From Clostridiaceae bacterium (GTDB lineage Bacteria; Bacillota; Clostridia; CAYPLH01; DUMO01): DNA of 64,000 nucleotides. Shown here in pieces: positions 10,749 to 20,268 of the stretch. The translations under genes were made by a program, and so were the position numbers. Within the stretch, counting starts at the first letter, position 1. Each line of letters starts with the position of its first letter. Below the pieces are notes generated by a model that was given only the letters and a program-made list of their open reading frames with translations, did no database searches and was not told where the DNA came from. Where the stretch lies: the NCBI GenBank assembly GCA_012839865.1, contig DUMO01000024.1, forward strand, positions 19,075-83,074, written 5' to 3'.

Positions 10749-12188
10749 TTAAGAGTTCCGGTTTTGAGCATTTTCCCCGCGGGGAAAATATTTTGATCTG
10801 ACAATACTGATAAGTGTATCCCTTGTGTTTAGTTCGGGATTTTCAAGCACCAGGTCAAGAATACCCTTTAAAATGTTTCCGATATCCTTTCCTTCCATCA
10901 ATCCCAGGGATATGAGATCATCTCCGTTAATTGCAAGATCGGATATTCCAAGGCATTGTTTTGAATGAACCAATTCCTCATAGGCAATCCTGACTTTTTC
11001 TATTTCTTCGCAATTTTTTTTGTAATTATCCGGGTTTTGAGCCATGGCACCAGCTTTTTTCAGCTTCAGCAACCTTTCAAAATCCCTGTTGCCCATCTTC
11101 TCAAGCCATTTACATATGGACTTTCTGGAATTTTCAATGGCTGCATCATGGTTTTCAACAAGCTTTACTACACTGTTAATCGTATTATTGTCGAATCTTA
11201 AATCCTTTAATATTTTATAACTCAGCCCTGCTGAAATTTCGCCATGTCCGGAAGGTTGAGAAATTCCCTTATGGTCTGCCCTGAGCCCTGTTGAAGGAGT
11301 ATGTGCATCAAAAAACAGAGGATGGGGCATTCCCTGCCTGTCTTCCCCTCCGGTCTCAGGTATCCCGATATCATGCAAAAGTGCTGCAAGACGCAGCACT
11401 ATATCCCTTTCAACATTTTCAATTGTTCTATATGTATGCTCATCCAACGTAAAAGCGCAGCCGGGATACTGTTGTTTGAACCCTATGCACTTTTTGAACT
11501 CAGGCATGATATGGTTCATAAGGCCCAATTCTGCAAGCTCCCTGACCTTTCCGGGAAAGTCTGAAATCAGGATTTTAACAAGCTCCGAGGCCACGCGTTC
11601 CCTACTTACTTTTTGCAGCAAAGCCATATTTTTTATAACAGCCTGCCTTGTATCATCGGATAATTCAAATCCCAACTGTGCGGAAAACCTGACAGCTCTC
11701 ATCATTCTCAGGGCATCCTCCGAAAACCGTTCATCTGCATTGCCTACACAGCGTATTACCTTTTCTTTTAGATCCAGCTGTCCTCCATAAGGGTCAACAA
11801 CCCCCCGGTGGTTGTTGTATGCCATAGCATTAATGGTAAAATCCCTGCGCTTCAAGTCTTCTTCTATGGAATCTGAAAAACTAACCTTGTCCGGCCTCCT
11901 GCTGTCCGAATATTCACCATCCACCCTGTAAGTCGTGATTTCAAAATTTTTTTCCTTTAAAACTACAGTAATGGTACCATGTCTAAGGCCTGTCGGAATT
12001 GTTTTCACATCTGAAAACAATTCCAGAACCTTTTGCGGCAGCGCATTTGTCGCAATATCCCAATCCTCCGGTTCTCTGCCAAGAAGCCGGTCCCTTACAC
12101 AGCCGCCTACTGCAAACCCTTCATATCCGTGTTTATTAAGCCTTTCGATAATATATCCGACTTCTTCAGGCAAATTTATTATCATCAC
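10749..12188 (-). CDS. cca: CCA-adding tRNA nucleotidyltransferase (with HD domain)
   Basis: A PolyA_pol head (GFAVGGCVRDRLLGREPEDWDIAT) followed by an HD domain (HD..IG motifs). Its start codon overlaps the galK stop. Confidence 0.9.
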   Translation of the reverse strand: MMIINLPEEVGYIIERLNKHGYEGFAVGGCVRDRLLGREPEDWDIATNALPQKVLELFSDVKTIPTGLRHGTITVVLKEKNFEITTYRVDGEYSDSRRPDKVSFSDSIEEDLKRRDFTINAMAYNNHRGVVDPYGGQLDLKEKVIRCVGNADERFSEDALRMMRAVRFSAQLGFELSDDTRQAVIKNMALLQKVSRERVASELVKILISDFPGKVRELAELGLMNHIMPEFKKCIGFKQQYPGCAFTLDEHTYRTIENVERDIVLRLAALLHDIGIPETGGEDRQGMPHPLFFDAHTPSTGLRADHKGISQPSGHGEISAGLSYKILKDLRFDNNTINSVVKLVENHDAAIENSRKSICKWLEKMGNRDFERLLKLKKAGAMAQNPDNYKKNCEEIEKVRIAYEELVHSKQCLGISDLAINGDDLISLGLMEGKDIGNILKGILDLVLENPELNTRDTLISIVRSKYFPRGENAQNRNS

Positions 12189-13372
12189 TTTCCTATCTCC
12201 CGTGCACCGTCCCCTGCTTCACAAACATAAAAAGTCGCATTCAAGCCTATACGTTCATAATAATTTTTGCCCACTTTTTCTTTAAACTCATCAACCACAT
12301 CGTCCCGGACAATACTGACCGTGCAGCCTCCAAATCCTGCACCAGTCATCCTGGACCCTGCCACACCGTCGATTTTCAGTGCTTCCTCAACAAGTGTATC
12401 CAGTTCATTTCCGGTTACTTCATATAAATCCCTTAAAGAATTGTGAGACTCTATCATCAGGCGTCCAAATTCTTCAATATTTCCATTGTTCAGTGCCTTA
12501 ACGGATTTTAAGACCCTGTCATCCTCTGAAATTACATGCTCCACCCTGTTTCTTATTGTTTTATTTTCTATAAGATGCTTGTATTCGTTAAACTGTTCAT
12601 AACTGATTTCACCAAGGCAGGTTGCCTCAGGGATTTTCTCATGTAAAATTTCAAAGCCTTTTTCACACTCACTGCGTCTTTCATTGTATTTCGACGCACC
12701 AAGGCTTCTCTTTTTATTGGTATTGGAAATAACAATTTTGTAGCCTTTCATGTGAAGAGGTACGTGTTTGAAGCTTAAATCCCTGCAATTTAAGAAAATG
12801 GCATGGTCCTTCTTGCCCATGGCGGAAGCAAACTGATCCATTATGCCGCAGTTGACGCCTACATAATTATTCTCGGCCCTTTGGCCTATTTTCGCCATTT
12901 CCACAAGGTCAACACAGGTGTTTATGCCTTTTGCTTCGTTTGCAAATGTTGCCAGGGTCAATGCCGTCGCAACTTCAATGGAAGCTGAAGATGACAACCC
13001 TGCCCCATATGGTATGGTACCGTGATACAAAAGATCACAGCCGATTAAATCATATCCCGCTTTCAAAAGTTCGTCAGCGACACCCAGTTGATAATGCCCC
13101 CAGTCAAGATTCTTATACCTGTCCAGTTCATCCAGGGATGCCTTGACTCTGATATCAAGGTCGGTGGCTGCCAGGTTTATCTGCCTGTCATTCCGTTTCC
13201 TTGCAGCAACAATGGTTGACAGGTCTACTGCCACCGGGAATACATAGCCTCCATTGTAGTCGGTGTGTTCACCGATAAGGTTTACCCTTCCCGGAGATGA
13301 AAAAAACCTTATCTCTTCTCCACACTCACCATAAATATCTATAAACCTGTTTTTAAGTTCATCAAGAATCAT
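12185..13372 (-). CDS. galK: Galactokinase
   Basis: The galactokinase signature PGRVNLIGEHTDYNGG and GHMP kinase motifs. Confidence 0.95.
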   Translation of the reverse strand: MILDELKNRFIDIYGECGEEIRFFSSPGRVNLIGEHTDYNGGYVFPVAVDLSTIVAARKRNDRQINLAATDLDIRVKASLDELDRYKNLDWGHYQLGVADELLKAGYDLIGCDLLYHGTIPYGAGLSSSASIEVATALTLATFANEAKGINTCVDLVEMAKIGQRAENNYVGVNCGIMDQFASAMGKKDHAIFLNCRDLSFKHVPLHMKGYKIVISNTNKKRSLGASKYNERRSECEKGFEILHEKIPEATCLGEISYEQFNEYKHLIENKTIRNRVEHVISEDDRVLKSVKALNNGNIEEFGRLMIESHNSLRDLYEVTGNELDTLVEEALKIDGVAGSRMTGAGFGGCTVSIVRDDVVDEFKEKVGKNYYERIGLNATFYVCEAGDGAREIGK

Positions 13373-13442
13373 TAGTTTCTACCTCCTGATTATTAGCATT
13401 TCGGCGATTTGACTTTACCGGCAGGCACCTGGCCTGACTGAA

Positions 13443-14417
13443 TCATTTGCCGGACTCGATATATTTTTTGTATGCTTTTCTCAACTCTTCAGCCTTTTCC
13501 TCCGGTGCCGTAGGATTGCAATGAGCCCATGCTCCTGTTTCGCTGGATGCATTGAACTTCTGTTTTTCCTTCGACCTCATGGGCGGGAAAAATTCTATAT
13601 GAAAATGGTAATAGTCGCTAAAATCTCCGCTATTGACAGGCTCCTGGTGCATACACATCATGTAAGGGAATCGCGTATCAAAGAGGGCATCAAGCATTCC
13701 TGCGGATTCTCTTACCGCCTTTGCCAGGTTGTGTTTTTCCCTTTCGGTAAACTGGGCCAGATTCTGTTTGTGATTTTTGCTTATAATATATACTCCATAA
13801 GGATATTCAACAAAGAATGGCAGGATAACGATAAAGTCGTCGTTTTCAAATATAACCCTTTGCCTGAACTTGATTTCTTCCCTCATCAAGTCACAAATGA
13901 GGCAGGATTTTTTCTCCTCATAATGCTCTTTACATGCCTGAAGTTCCAACTCCAGCTTCTTCGGTATATAGGAATAGCCATATATCTGACCGTGAGGATG
14001 GGGCATCGTGACTCCTACAACCTCTCCCCTGTTTTCAAATATGAAAACATACTTGATCTTCTCATCCTTCTGGAGTTCCAGTAATCTTTCAGTCCATAAA
14101 TCCACCAGTTTTTTTACATGGTCCTCCGAAAGTTCCGGCAAGGTTTTATTATGTTCCGGCGAATAAAGGATAACCTCACACTTGCCATATGCTTCCCTTA
14201 CCTTGAAAAATTCATTGGCCACATCATCAGGAATCGGTGGCTGCTGTGACAATGCGGGAAAATCATTGTCATACTCCAATACATCATAATCTTCGGGTAC
14301 TCTGCCCGATCCGGGGCAGAAGGGACACCAGTCCTTCGGCATCTGAGGCCTGTTCTGTCTGTGGGATGCTATCATTACCCAATCCTTAATAAGTGGATGC
14401 CAACGTAGTTCAGCCAT
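13443..14417 (-). CDS. galT: Galactose-1-phosphate uridylyltransferase (HIT-type)
   Basis: A CPFCPG zinc motif and an HPHGQ active-site motif. It lies upstream of galK on the same strand. Confidence 0.95.
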   Translation of the reverse strand: MAELRWHPLIKDWVMIASHRQNRPQMPKDWCPFCPGSGRVPEDYDVLEYDNDFPALSQQPPIPDDVANEFFKVREAYGKCEVILYSPEHNKTLPELSEDHVKKLVDLWTERLLELQKDEKIKYVFIFENRGEVVGVTMPHPHGQIYGYSYIPKKLELELQACKEHYEEKKSCLICDLMREEIKFRQRVIFENDDFIVILPFFVEYPYGVYIISKNHKQNLAQFTEREKHNLAKAVRESAGMLDALFDTRFPYMMCMHQEPVNSGDFSDYYHFHIEFFPPMRSKEKQKFNASSETGAWAHCNPTAPEEKAEELRKAYKKYIESGK

Positions 14418-14700
14418 ATTCGCACCTCTTTATCTTCTGATATTTTATTGAAATAACGTTGTTTTTGCCGCGACAGCTTGGCAACCGGTAAAATTAAAAA
14501 TCACCCGGCCTCTAAAGACAGGAAACAGCAAACTGCAAATCCGACCTTCCTACCTTCAAAGAAAGGTTTATGAAAAATTTCGAATTTAAGCATCAAAATT
14601 TTTCTAATTATACTTTTTGATTATACCACAGAACCATAGATATTCAAGCTATTATCAAACTGTTTGAAGGATTCATTTCATTCATTCCACTTTTTACCCC

Positions 14701-14752
14701 TTTACAAATCGGAACACATGTTCTATAATAATACGTGCGAACACATGTTCTC
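14701..14752 (+). promoter_or_regulatory. SOS-regulated dinB promoter with two LexA (Cheo) boxes flanking the -10 element
   Basis: TTTACA is followed 17 bp later by TATAAT. GAACACATGTTC sits at 14712-14723 and a second CGAACACATGTTC at 14739-14751. Both fit the Gram-positive LexA consensus CGAAC-N4-GTTCG. Confidence 0.75.
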
Positions 14753-14767
14753 GGCAAAGGTGATTTT

Positions 14768-16012
14768 ATGGACAGAGTTATACTGCATTCGGATTTAAAC
14801 AATTTTTATGCCAGCGTTGAGTGCCTTTACAATCCGGAGCTTCGCGACAAGCCGGTAGCTGTTTGCGGCTCCCAGTCCACCAGACACGGAATTGTACTGG
14901 CAAAAAACTATCATGCCAAATCTGCAGGGGTAAAGACCGGCGAGGCCATATGGGAAGCCCGGAACAAGTGTCCCGGCCTTGTAGTGGTTCCGCCAAACTA
15001 CCTTCTATACCTTAGGTTTTCCATGTCTGCACGGAAGATATACGAGGATTACACAAACCTGGTTGAATCCTTCGGTATTGACGAAAACTGGCTTGATGTA
15101 ACCGAAAGTGCAAGGCTTTTTGGAGACGGGGAAAGAATAGCTTTTCAAATCAAGGAAAGAATCAAGTCCGAGCTGGGTATAACCGCTTCCATAGGTGTAA
15201 GCTATAACAAAATTTTTGCAAAAATAGGCTCGGATTTGAAAAAACCTGACGCTGTAACAGTCATAACCCCTGAAAACTACAAAGAAAAAGTCTGGACCCT
15301 TCCCGTGGGGGATCTTTTATACGTAGGCCGCGTCACCAGGAGAAAGCTGGCCGACATAGGCATATTGACTATCGGCGACCTGGCCGGCGCATCGCCAAAA
15401 TTTCTTGTGAGGAAGCTGGGCAAGTGGGGTGAAATGCTGTGGTCCTTCGCCAACGGCTATGATCAGACACCTGTTGCAAGGACGGATTATGAACTTCCGA
15501 TAAAAGGCATCGGAAATTCCCTTACGACCCACAGGGACCTTACAACCAACGAAGATGTAAAAATTCTTGTTTACGTATTGTCCGACAGTGTGGCAGAGCG
15601 GCTGAGACGGCATCATTTCAAGGGGAAAGCCGTCCAGATATCCATCAGGGACTCAAAGCTTTCCTACATTGAGAGGCAGGGGCAGCTTGACACATATACC
15701 TGCACATGCTCGGAAATTGCGCAAAAAGCCTATGAGATTTTTCTGGATTCCTGGGATTGGTCACAAAATATCAGGGCACTGGGGGTACGGGTTACAAGTC
15801 TGATACCCTCGGACCGCCACGTGCAGTTGTCTTTTCTGGATGATGACAGAAGATTGAAAAGAGAGCTTCTGGACAGGAGCATAGACAAAATAAGATCCCG
15901 CTTCGGCCACTACTCGGTACAGCGGGCGCTGCTCCTTAAGGACAACGGCCTCAACGCCAACCCTGTAGAAGAAAACGTCATCCACCCCGTGGCATACCAC
16001 GTGGGGCAATAG
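14768..16012 (+). CDS. dinB: DNA polymerase IV (Y-family translesion polymerase)
   Basis: MDRVILHSDLNNFYASVE and the Y-family palm, finger and little-finger pattern. The start was taken at MDRV, 14 bp after the second LexA box. Confidence 0.9.
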   Translation: MDRVILHSDLNNFYASVECLYNPELRDKPVAVCGSQSTRHGIVLAKNYHAKSAGVKTGEAIWEARNKCPGLVVVPPNYLLYLRFSMSARKIYEDYTNLVESFGIDENWLDVTESARLFGDGERIAFQIKERIKSELGITASIGVSYNKIFAKIGSDLKKPDAVTVITPENYKEKVWTLPVGDLLYVGRVTRRKLADIGILTIGDLAGASPKFLVRKLGKWGEMLWSFANGYDQTPVARTDYELPIKGIGNSLTTHRDLTTNEDVKILVYVLSDSVAERLRRHHFKGKAVQISIRDSKLSYIERQGQLDTYTCTCSEIAQKAYEIFLDSWDWSQNIRALGVRVTSLIPSDRHVQLSFLDDDRRLKRELLDRSIDKIRSRFGHYSVQRALLLKDNGLNANPVEENVIHPVAYHVGQ

Positions 16013-16303
16013 TAGATTCAACGGGTGCTTCCAAGCGGATTGCGGTGTTTTCAGGCGGATTGCACATGAGAAACTTCCGGCACCAGGCATGCAAAGGGAA
16101 CATTATTTATACCGTGGGCAACCCGGTTATCCATATTATGTGCCATGGCTATTACATGCAAAGAAAACATCGTTCACCTTGTGTGGTTTTCCGCACGGGC
16201 CACCGTTCTTGGATGCTTCTGCGGGATGTGCATCAAAATGACAGGTTTATGAAACTTCACCTTGCTTTTGGGGAATAATCGTAATTCAAGTTAGGGTGAT
16301 TTT

Positions 16304-16540
16304 ATGCGGAAAGTGTTTGTTGACGTAATAGTACAGTATACAAAAGAAGGACAGAAAGTACCTCTCGCCGTCATCTGGGAAGACGGCAGAAGATATGAAA
16401 TAGATAAAGTTACGGATGTAAGACGTGCAGCTTCACTTAAGGTGGGCGGTCAGGGGCTCAGGTATAAATGCCGGATATCAGGCAATGAAACATTTTTATG
16501 GCTGGAGGAAGGCAAATGGTTTGTGGAAGCAAAAAAATAA
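16304..16540 (+). CDS. Small conserved hypothetical protein (78 aa)
   Basis: RBS AGGGTGA precedes the ATG. No domain recognised. It lies downstream of dinB after a 290-bp non-coding spacer. Confidence 0.4.
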   Translation: MRKVFVDVIVQYTKEGQKVPLAVIWEDGRRYEIDKVTDVRRAASLKVGGQGLRYKCRISGNETFLWLEEGKWFVEAKK

Positions 16541-16653
16541 GAAGAAATGTTTGATAAACGGAATCAGTAAGATAAAAGCAATATGGAAGCGGAAACGGAA
16601 CCATATAAATAAACTGGTTCCGGATCAGTAATGTCCCATGCCCGAAAAACAGC

Positions 16654-16690
16654 CAGGCCGGATCTCCATAAATATGGAGTTTTCCGGCCT
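16654..16690. terminator. Long nested hairpin between convergent genes
   Basis: AGGCCGGAtCTCCATAaatATGGAGttTTCCGGCCT. A U-run follows on the minus strand, so it terminates the Fe-S protein gene. Confidence 0.5.
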
Positions 16691-16780
16691 ACTCTCCAAG
16701 ACGCTGCTTTACCTGCAGCGGTTTTCTGCAACATGTAAAAATAACTTCCGGGAATCAGCCAAAATGCATGCATTCCTCAA

Positions 16781-17572
16781 CTAAAGAATACTCCCGTCAG
16801 GTGAAATAATCACTTCATTGTAAGGCACTATAACCTGGGTTTCCAACATGGCTTCCTTTACAGCCCTGACAATTCCGCTGCAGCATGGAACCTGCATTCT
16901 TACTACAGTTATGCTTCTAATGTTATTGTTTGCAAGAATATCGCACAATTTATCCTTGTAGTAATCAATGTCATCCAATTTCGGACAGCCAATTACAGTT
17001 ATGCGCCCCTTAATAAAATCCTTGTGGAAATCAGCATACGCATAAGCGGTACAATCGGCAGCCACAAGCAAATCAGCGTTGTTAAAATATTCCGCCCTGC
17101 TGTTTACAAGGTTAAGCTGAACGGGCCATTGCGAAAGCTCAGATTGCCTTGATTCATACTCAAATGCCGGACGATCCTGCCTTTGGACAGTTTTTCTCTG
17201 TATCATCCTTGCCGCACTGCCGGGGCACCCGCAGGCAAGAGGTTCCGGCCCCGGGCCATGCGTTTCACACCCTGCTCCATGTCCTGTTCCCGCATGTTCT
17301 TCTTCAATATCTGCAGCCCGGTTGTTTCTTTTCATTTCTTCCATCCGCTTTTGAACTTTTTCTTCATCAAAGCTTTTCGCTTCCCTTTCGATTATTTTAA
17401 TCGCACCCGTCGGGCATTCGGGAAGACAATTTCCCAATCCGTCACAATACTCGTCACTGATAAGCCTTGCTTTTCCGTCTATAATTTCTATTGCTCCCTC
17501 ATGGCATGCATTGGCACAAAGTCCGCAGCCATTGCACTTTTCCTCATCAATGCTTATAATCTTTCTTATCAT
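16781..17572 (-). CDS. 4Fe-4S dicluster ferredoxin-domain protein with Cys-rich C-terminal domain
   Basis: Two CxxCxxCxxxCP motifs (CNGCGLCANAC, CDGLGNCLPECP), an additional CGCPG motif, and a C-terminal CPK...CCSG segment. The start was taken at MIRKIIS. Confidence 0.7.
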   Translation of the reverse strand: MIRKIISIDEEKCNGCGLCANACHEGAIEIIDGKARLISDEYCDGLGNCLPECPTGAIKIIEREAKSFDEEKVQKRMEEMKRNNRAADIEEEHAGTGHGAGCETHGPGPEPLACGCPGSAARMIQRKTVQRQDRPAFEYESRQSELSQWPVQLNLVNSRAEYFNNADLLVAADCTAYAYADFHKDFIKGRITVIGCPKLDDIDYYKDKLCDILANNNIRSITVVRMQVPCCSGIVRAVKEAMLETQVIVPYNEVIISPDGSIL

Positions 17573-17854
17573 TATATTCAACCTCCTTGAACAATTAATA
17601 TTTTCACTATCGTTTTAACGCATTTTAATCAAGTTAATATATGAAACTTCCTGGCGAACTTATTTTCAGTTTCAATCATATTATATAAGTCCGGATTAAT
17701 AAAATCGGTACCATATGTTACGTTTTCAAATTTTCACGTACTTGCCAAGTAAAATGTTTTATGTGAAAATATTACTGTACGTGCTATAATAAAAGCTGTC
17801 TCCCCTGCCCTGTGAATACGCATTAAAAAAGTTGCCTGCAAGGAGTATAATTTG

Positions 17855-18535
17855 ATGCAAAAAACATCAGAAGTTTTGAAATTATGTATACTGTTCAGAA
17901 ATTTGAGCGACAATGATGTTGTTAATATTTTAAACACTACAAATTATAAGGTTTCTTCATTTTCAAAAGGGCAAATTGTTGCTACAGAGGACGATGTATG
18001 CTCAAGCATTGGCATTATTCTGGAAGGCAGCGCAGAAATACGGAAAATTTACGAGTCCGGCAAGCTGGTAACGATTGACCGGTTGAAACCGGGAGAAATT
18101 TTCGGTGAAGTAATAATATTTTCTTCCATGAACAAATACCCTTCCACAGTAGTTTCTACAGGAGAAACGCAGATTATGTTCATACACCGTGAGGAAATAC
18201 TGAAGGCTTGCAAAACGAATACAAAACTTTTGACCAACATAATGGAACTGTTGTCAAACAAGATACTGACTCTCAATAAAAAGTTAAAAAGTCTTTCCTA
18301 CCATACTTTGCGGCAAAAAATTGCAAGTTTTCTTTTGGAAGAGTATAAAAAGCAAGGCAGCCTGAATATTGCCCTGGACTGTACCAGAACTGAAATGGCT
18401 GAGCAGTTGGGGATACCCAGGCCTTCTCTTTCAAGGGAACTGATAAACATGAGGGAAGACGGCCTTATAACCTTCAAAGGTAGAAGTATAAAAATTCTGG
18501 ATCTGATTTCACTTGAAGATACACTTTTTGATTAA
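17855..18535 (+). CDS. Crp/Fnr family transcriptional regulator
   Basis: A cNMP-binding beta-barrel (GEIFGEV) and a C-terminal HTH (MAEQLGIPRPSLSRELINMREDGLI). RBS AAGGAG lies 8 nt before the ATG at 17855. Confidence 0.85.
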   Translation: MQKTSEVLKLCILFRNLSDNDVVNILNTTNYKVSSFSKGQIVATEDDVCSSIGIILEGSAEIRKIYESGKLVTIDRLKPGEIFGEVIIFSSMNKYPSTVVSTGETQIMFIHREEILKACKTNTKLLTNIMELLSNKILTLNKKLKSLSYHTLRQKIASFLLEEYKKQGSLNIALDCTRTEMAEQLGIPRPSLSRELINMREDGLITFKGRSIKILDLISLEDTLFD

Positions 18536-18636
18536 ATAAAAATCCAACCCGGTGATTTTTATAAAATCATAAGAACTGCTACACTAAAAAATCTGATCGT
18601 CCCACCGGATAAAAACTAAACTTGAGGTGATTTGGC

Positions 18637-19806
18637 ATGAAAAGTAAAATTAAAAGAAGAAAATTTGGAAATACCGGACTTTATGTTTCAGAATTAAGCT
18701 TTGGATCTATGAATTTAAGGTTGCTGGATTCTCCGGAGCAAGCCTATGAACTTCTGGACTATGTACTGGACCAGGGCATTAATCTTATAGATACGGCAAG
18801 AGAATATTGCAAAATGAATAAAGACGGTTACCTTATGGAAAGTGAGTACTTCGTCGGTCAGGCAATTGAAAAGCGTACCGGCCTGGATGAACCGATTGTA
18901 ATTGTTACAAAAGGACATGGGTATACATTGCCTGAGCTTGATGCCGACCTGGGAACAAGCCTTGAAAAGCTGAAAATCCGCGGAAAGGGCAACCTTAAAA
19001 TAGGAAAAAATGATATCAAGCTTGTATATTTTCTGCACGGTATAAATGAAGCAAGATGGGAAAGCATCAAAAACTCCGGAGTACTGGACAAACTTAAGGA
19101 ACTTAAATCCGAAGGGGTTATCAATTATATAGGCTTCTCAAGCCATTACAGAAATGTGAAGGAAATCAGGGAAGCTGCAGATACAGGAATTTTTGAGGTT
19201 GCAGAGCTCCCATACAATGTCTTCAACCGCTCCCTTGGAGAAGACGGCCAGATTAACTTCCTGAAATACTTTAATGATAAAGGCATTGCCCTTATCAACA
19301 TGAAAGCATTTGGCGGCAATGGAATGGTTCCTGTTATGAAAATACTCAGGGACTATGTTGATATTGACTACTCTGTAATGCTTAATTTCTGTCTTTCAAA
19401 TCCCTATATTTCAACTGTAGATGCCGGTGCCCGATATATACACGAGTTTGAAGCTGATATCAACACTGCGCTGGCTCCCCGGTTTGATGACAGTCAACTG
19501 ATGAAATTAAAGCAGGAAGCCGACAAGGTTTCCGGCCTCTTTCAGAACATATGCAGGGAGTGTATGCACTGCCTTGAAAAATTCAGTTGTCCACAGGAAA
19601 TTGATTTTCCGGGCATACTTTCAGTTTATTCAAGATATAATGTCAATGAAAAGCTTGGCCGGAGCACTTCCGAGTTTTTCGAGCAATACAGAAAATTTGA
19701 GCTGAATGCCGAAAATTGCCTTGAATGCGGAGAGTGCAGCAAGTGGTGCGAGTATGGCCTGAATATACCGGTAATGCTGAGAGAAGCCCATAATATCTTG
19801 AAATAA
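18637..19806 (+). CDS. Aldo/keto reductase fused to a C-terminal 2x[4Fe-4S] ferredoxin-like domain
   Basis: An AKR TIM-barrel N-terminal region. The C-terminal region carries CRECMHCLEKFSCP and CLECGECSKWCEYG cysteine clusters. Confidence 0.8.
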   Translation: MKSKIKRRKFGNTGLYVSELSFGSMNLRLLDSPEQAYELLDYVLDQGINLIDTAREYCKMNKDGYLMESEYFVGQAIEKRTGLDEPIVIVTKGHGYTLPELDADLGTSLEKLKIRGKGNLKIGKNDIKLVYFLHGINEARWESIKNSGVLDKLKELKSEGVINYIGFSSHYRNVKEIREAADTGIFEVAELPYNVFNRSLGEDGQINFLKYFNDKGIALINMKAFGGNGMVPVMKILRDYVDIDYSVMLNFCLSNPYISTVDAGARYIHEFEADINTALAPRFDDSQLMKLKQEADKVSGLFQNICRECMHCLEKFSCPQEIDFPGILSVYSRYNVNEKLGRSTSEFFEQYRKFELNAENCLECGECSKWCEYGLNIPVMLREAHNILK

Positions 19807-19857
19807 GCTAAATACCCGTATTCCGGGGTGTCCTGAATCTTAAACCGGTTTCCCGGA

Positions 19858-20226
19858 TTAAGCCGGTAATTTGGCGTCAGGCTCATGTTCCGGGATATCT
19901 CGAATCTCCAGCCGGTTGCCGGTTTTAATCCCGCCAATCAAACCCTGCCCTGATTCCAACACCATACAGGCACCTTTGATTGGCGGAATTATTCTCCCGG
20001 GTTTTACACCATCAATTTTCCTGATTATCTCCATATTTTCACCAATAAAAAGCACATCAATGTCAAACCTCATAAAAAAGGTATGGATGCTCCTGCAGGG
20101 CTTTATAAGTATGGCTTCATGGTGCGGTTTTTTGCGGAACATGTATCCCGTGAGCCTTTTTAAAAAAGTATCTGCAATATAAACCTCCGCCACCTTCACT
20201 GATTCATAAATCAACGCTTTTTTCAC
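19858..20226 (-). CDS. DUF192 (COG1430) family protein, last gene of the Tad operon
   Basis: IADTFLKRLTGYMFR...IHTFFMRFDIDVLFIGENMEII matches the DUF192 pattern recalled from memory (ADTPEERxxGLMFR...FWMKNTxIPLDIIFID). Confidence 0.6.
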   Translation of the reverse strand: MKKALIYESVKVAEVYIADTFLKRLTGYMFRKKPHHEAILIKPCRSIHTFFMRFDIDVLFIGENMEIIRKIDGVKPGRIIPPIKGACMVLESGQGLIGGIKTGNRLEIRDIPEHEPDAKLPA

Positions 20227-20268
20227 ATTATCACCCTTAAGCGAAAATTTGCTGCCTTCAATGAACCG

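Noticed and set aside
10770-10795. CCCCGCGGGG palindrome that looked like a terminator stem
   Set aside because: It lies inside the cca reading frame and encodes PRGE. The real terminator hairpin is at 10690-10708.
15761-16090. 109-aa minus-strand ORF overlapping the dinB 3' end
   Set aside because: It is antisense to dinB with no start context. It is a by-product of GC-rich codons.
16045-16278. 77-aa plus-strand ORF in the dinB downstream spacer
   Set aside because: Implausible H/C/R-rich composition and no RBS. I treated the region as non-coding or structured instead.
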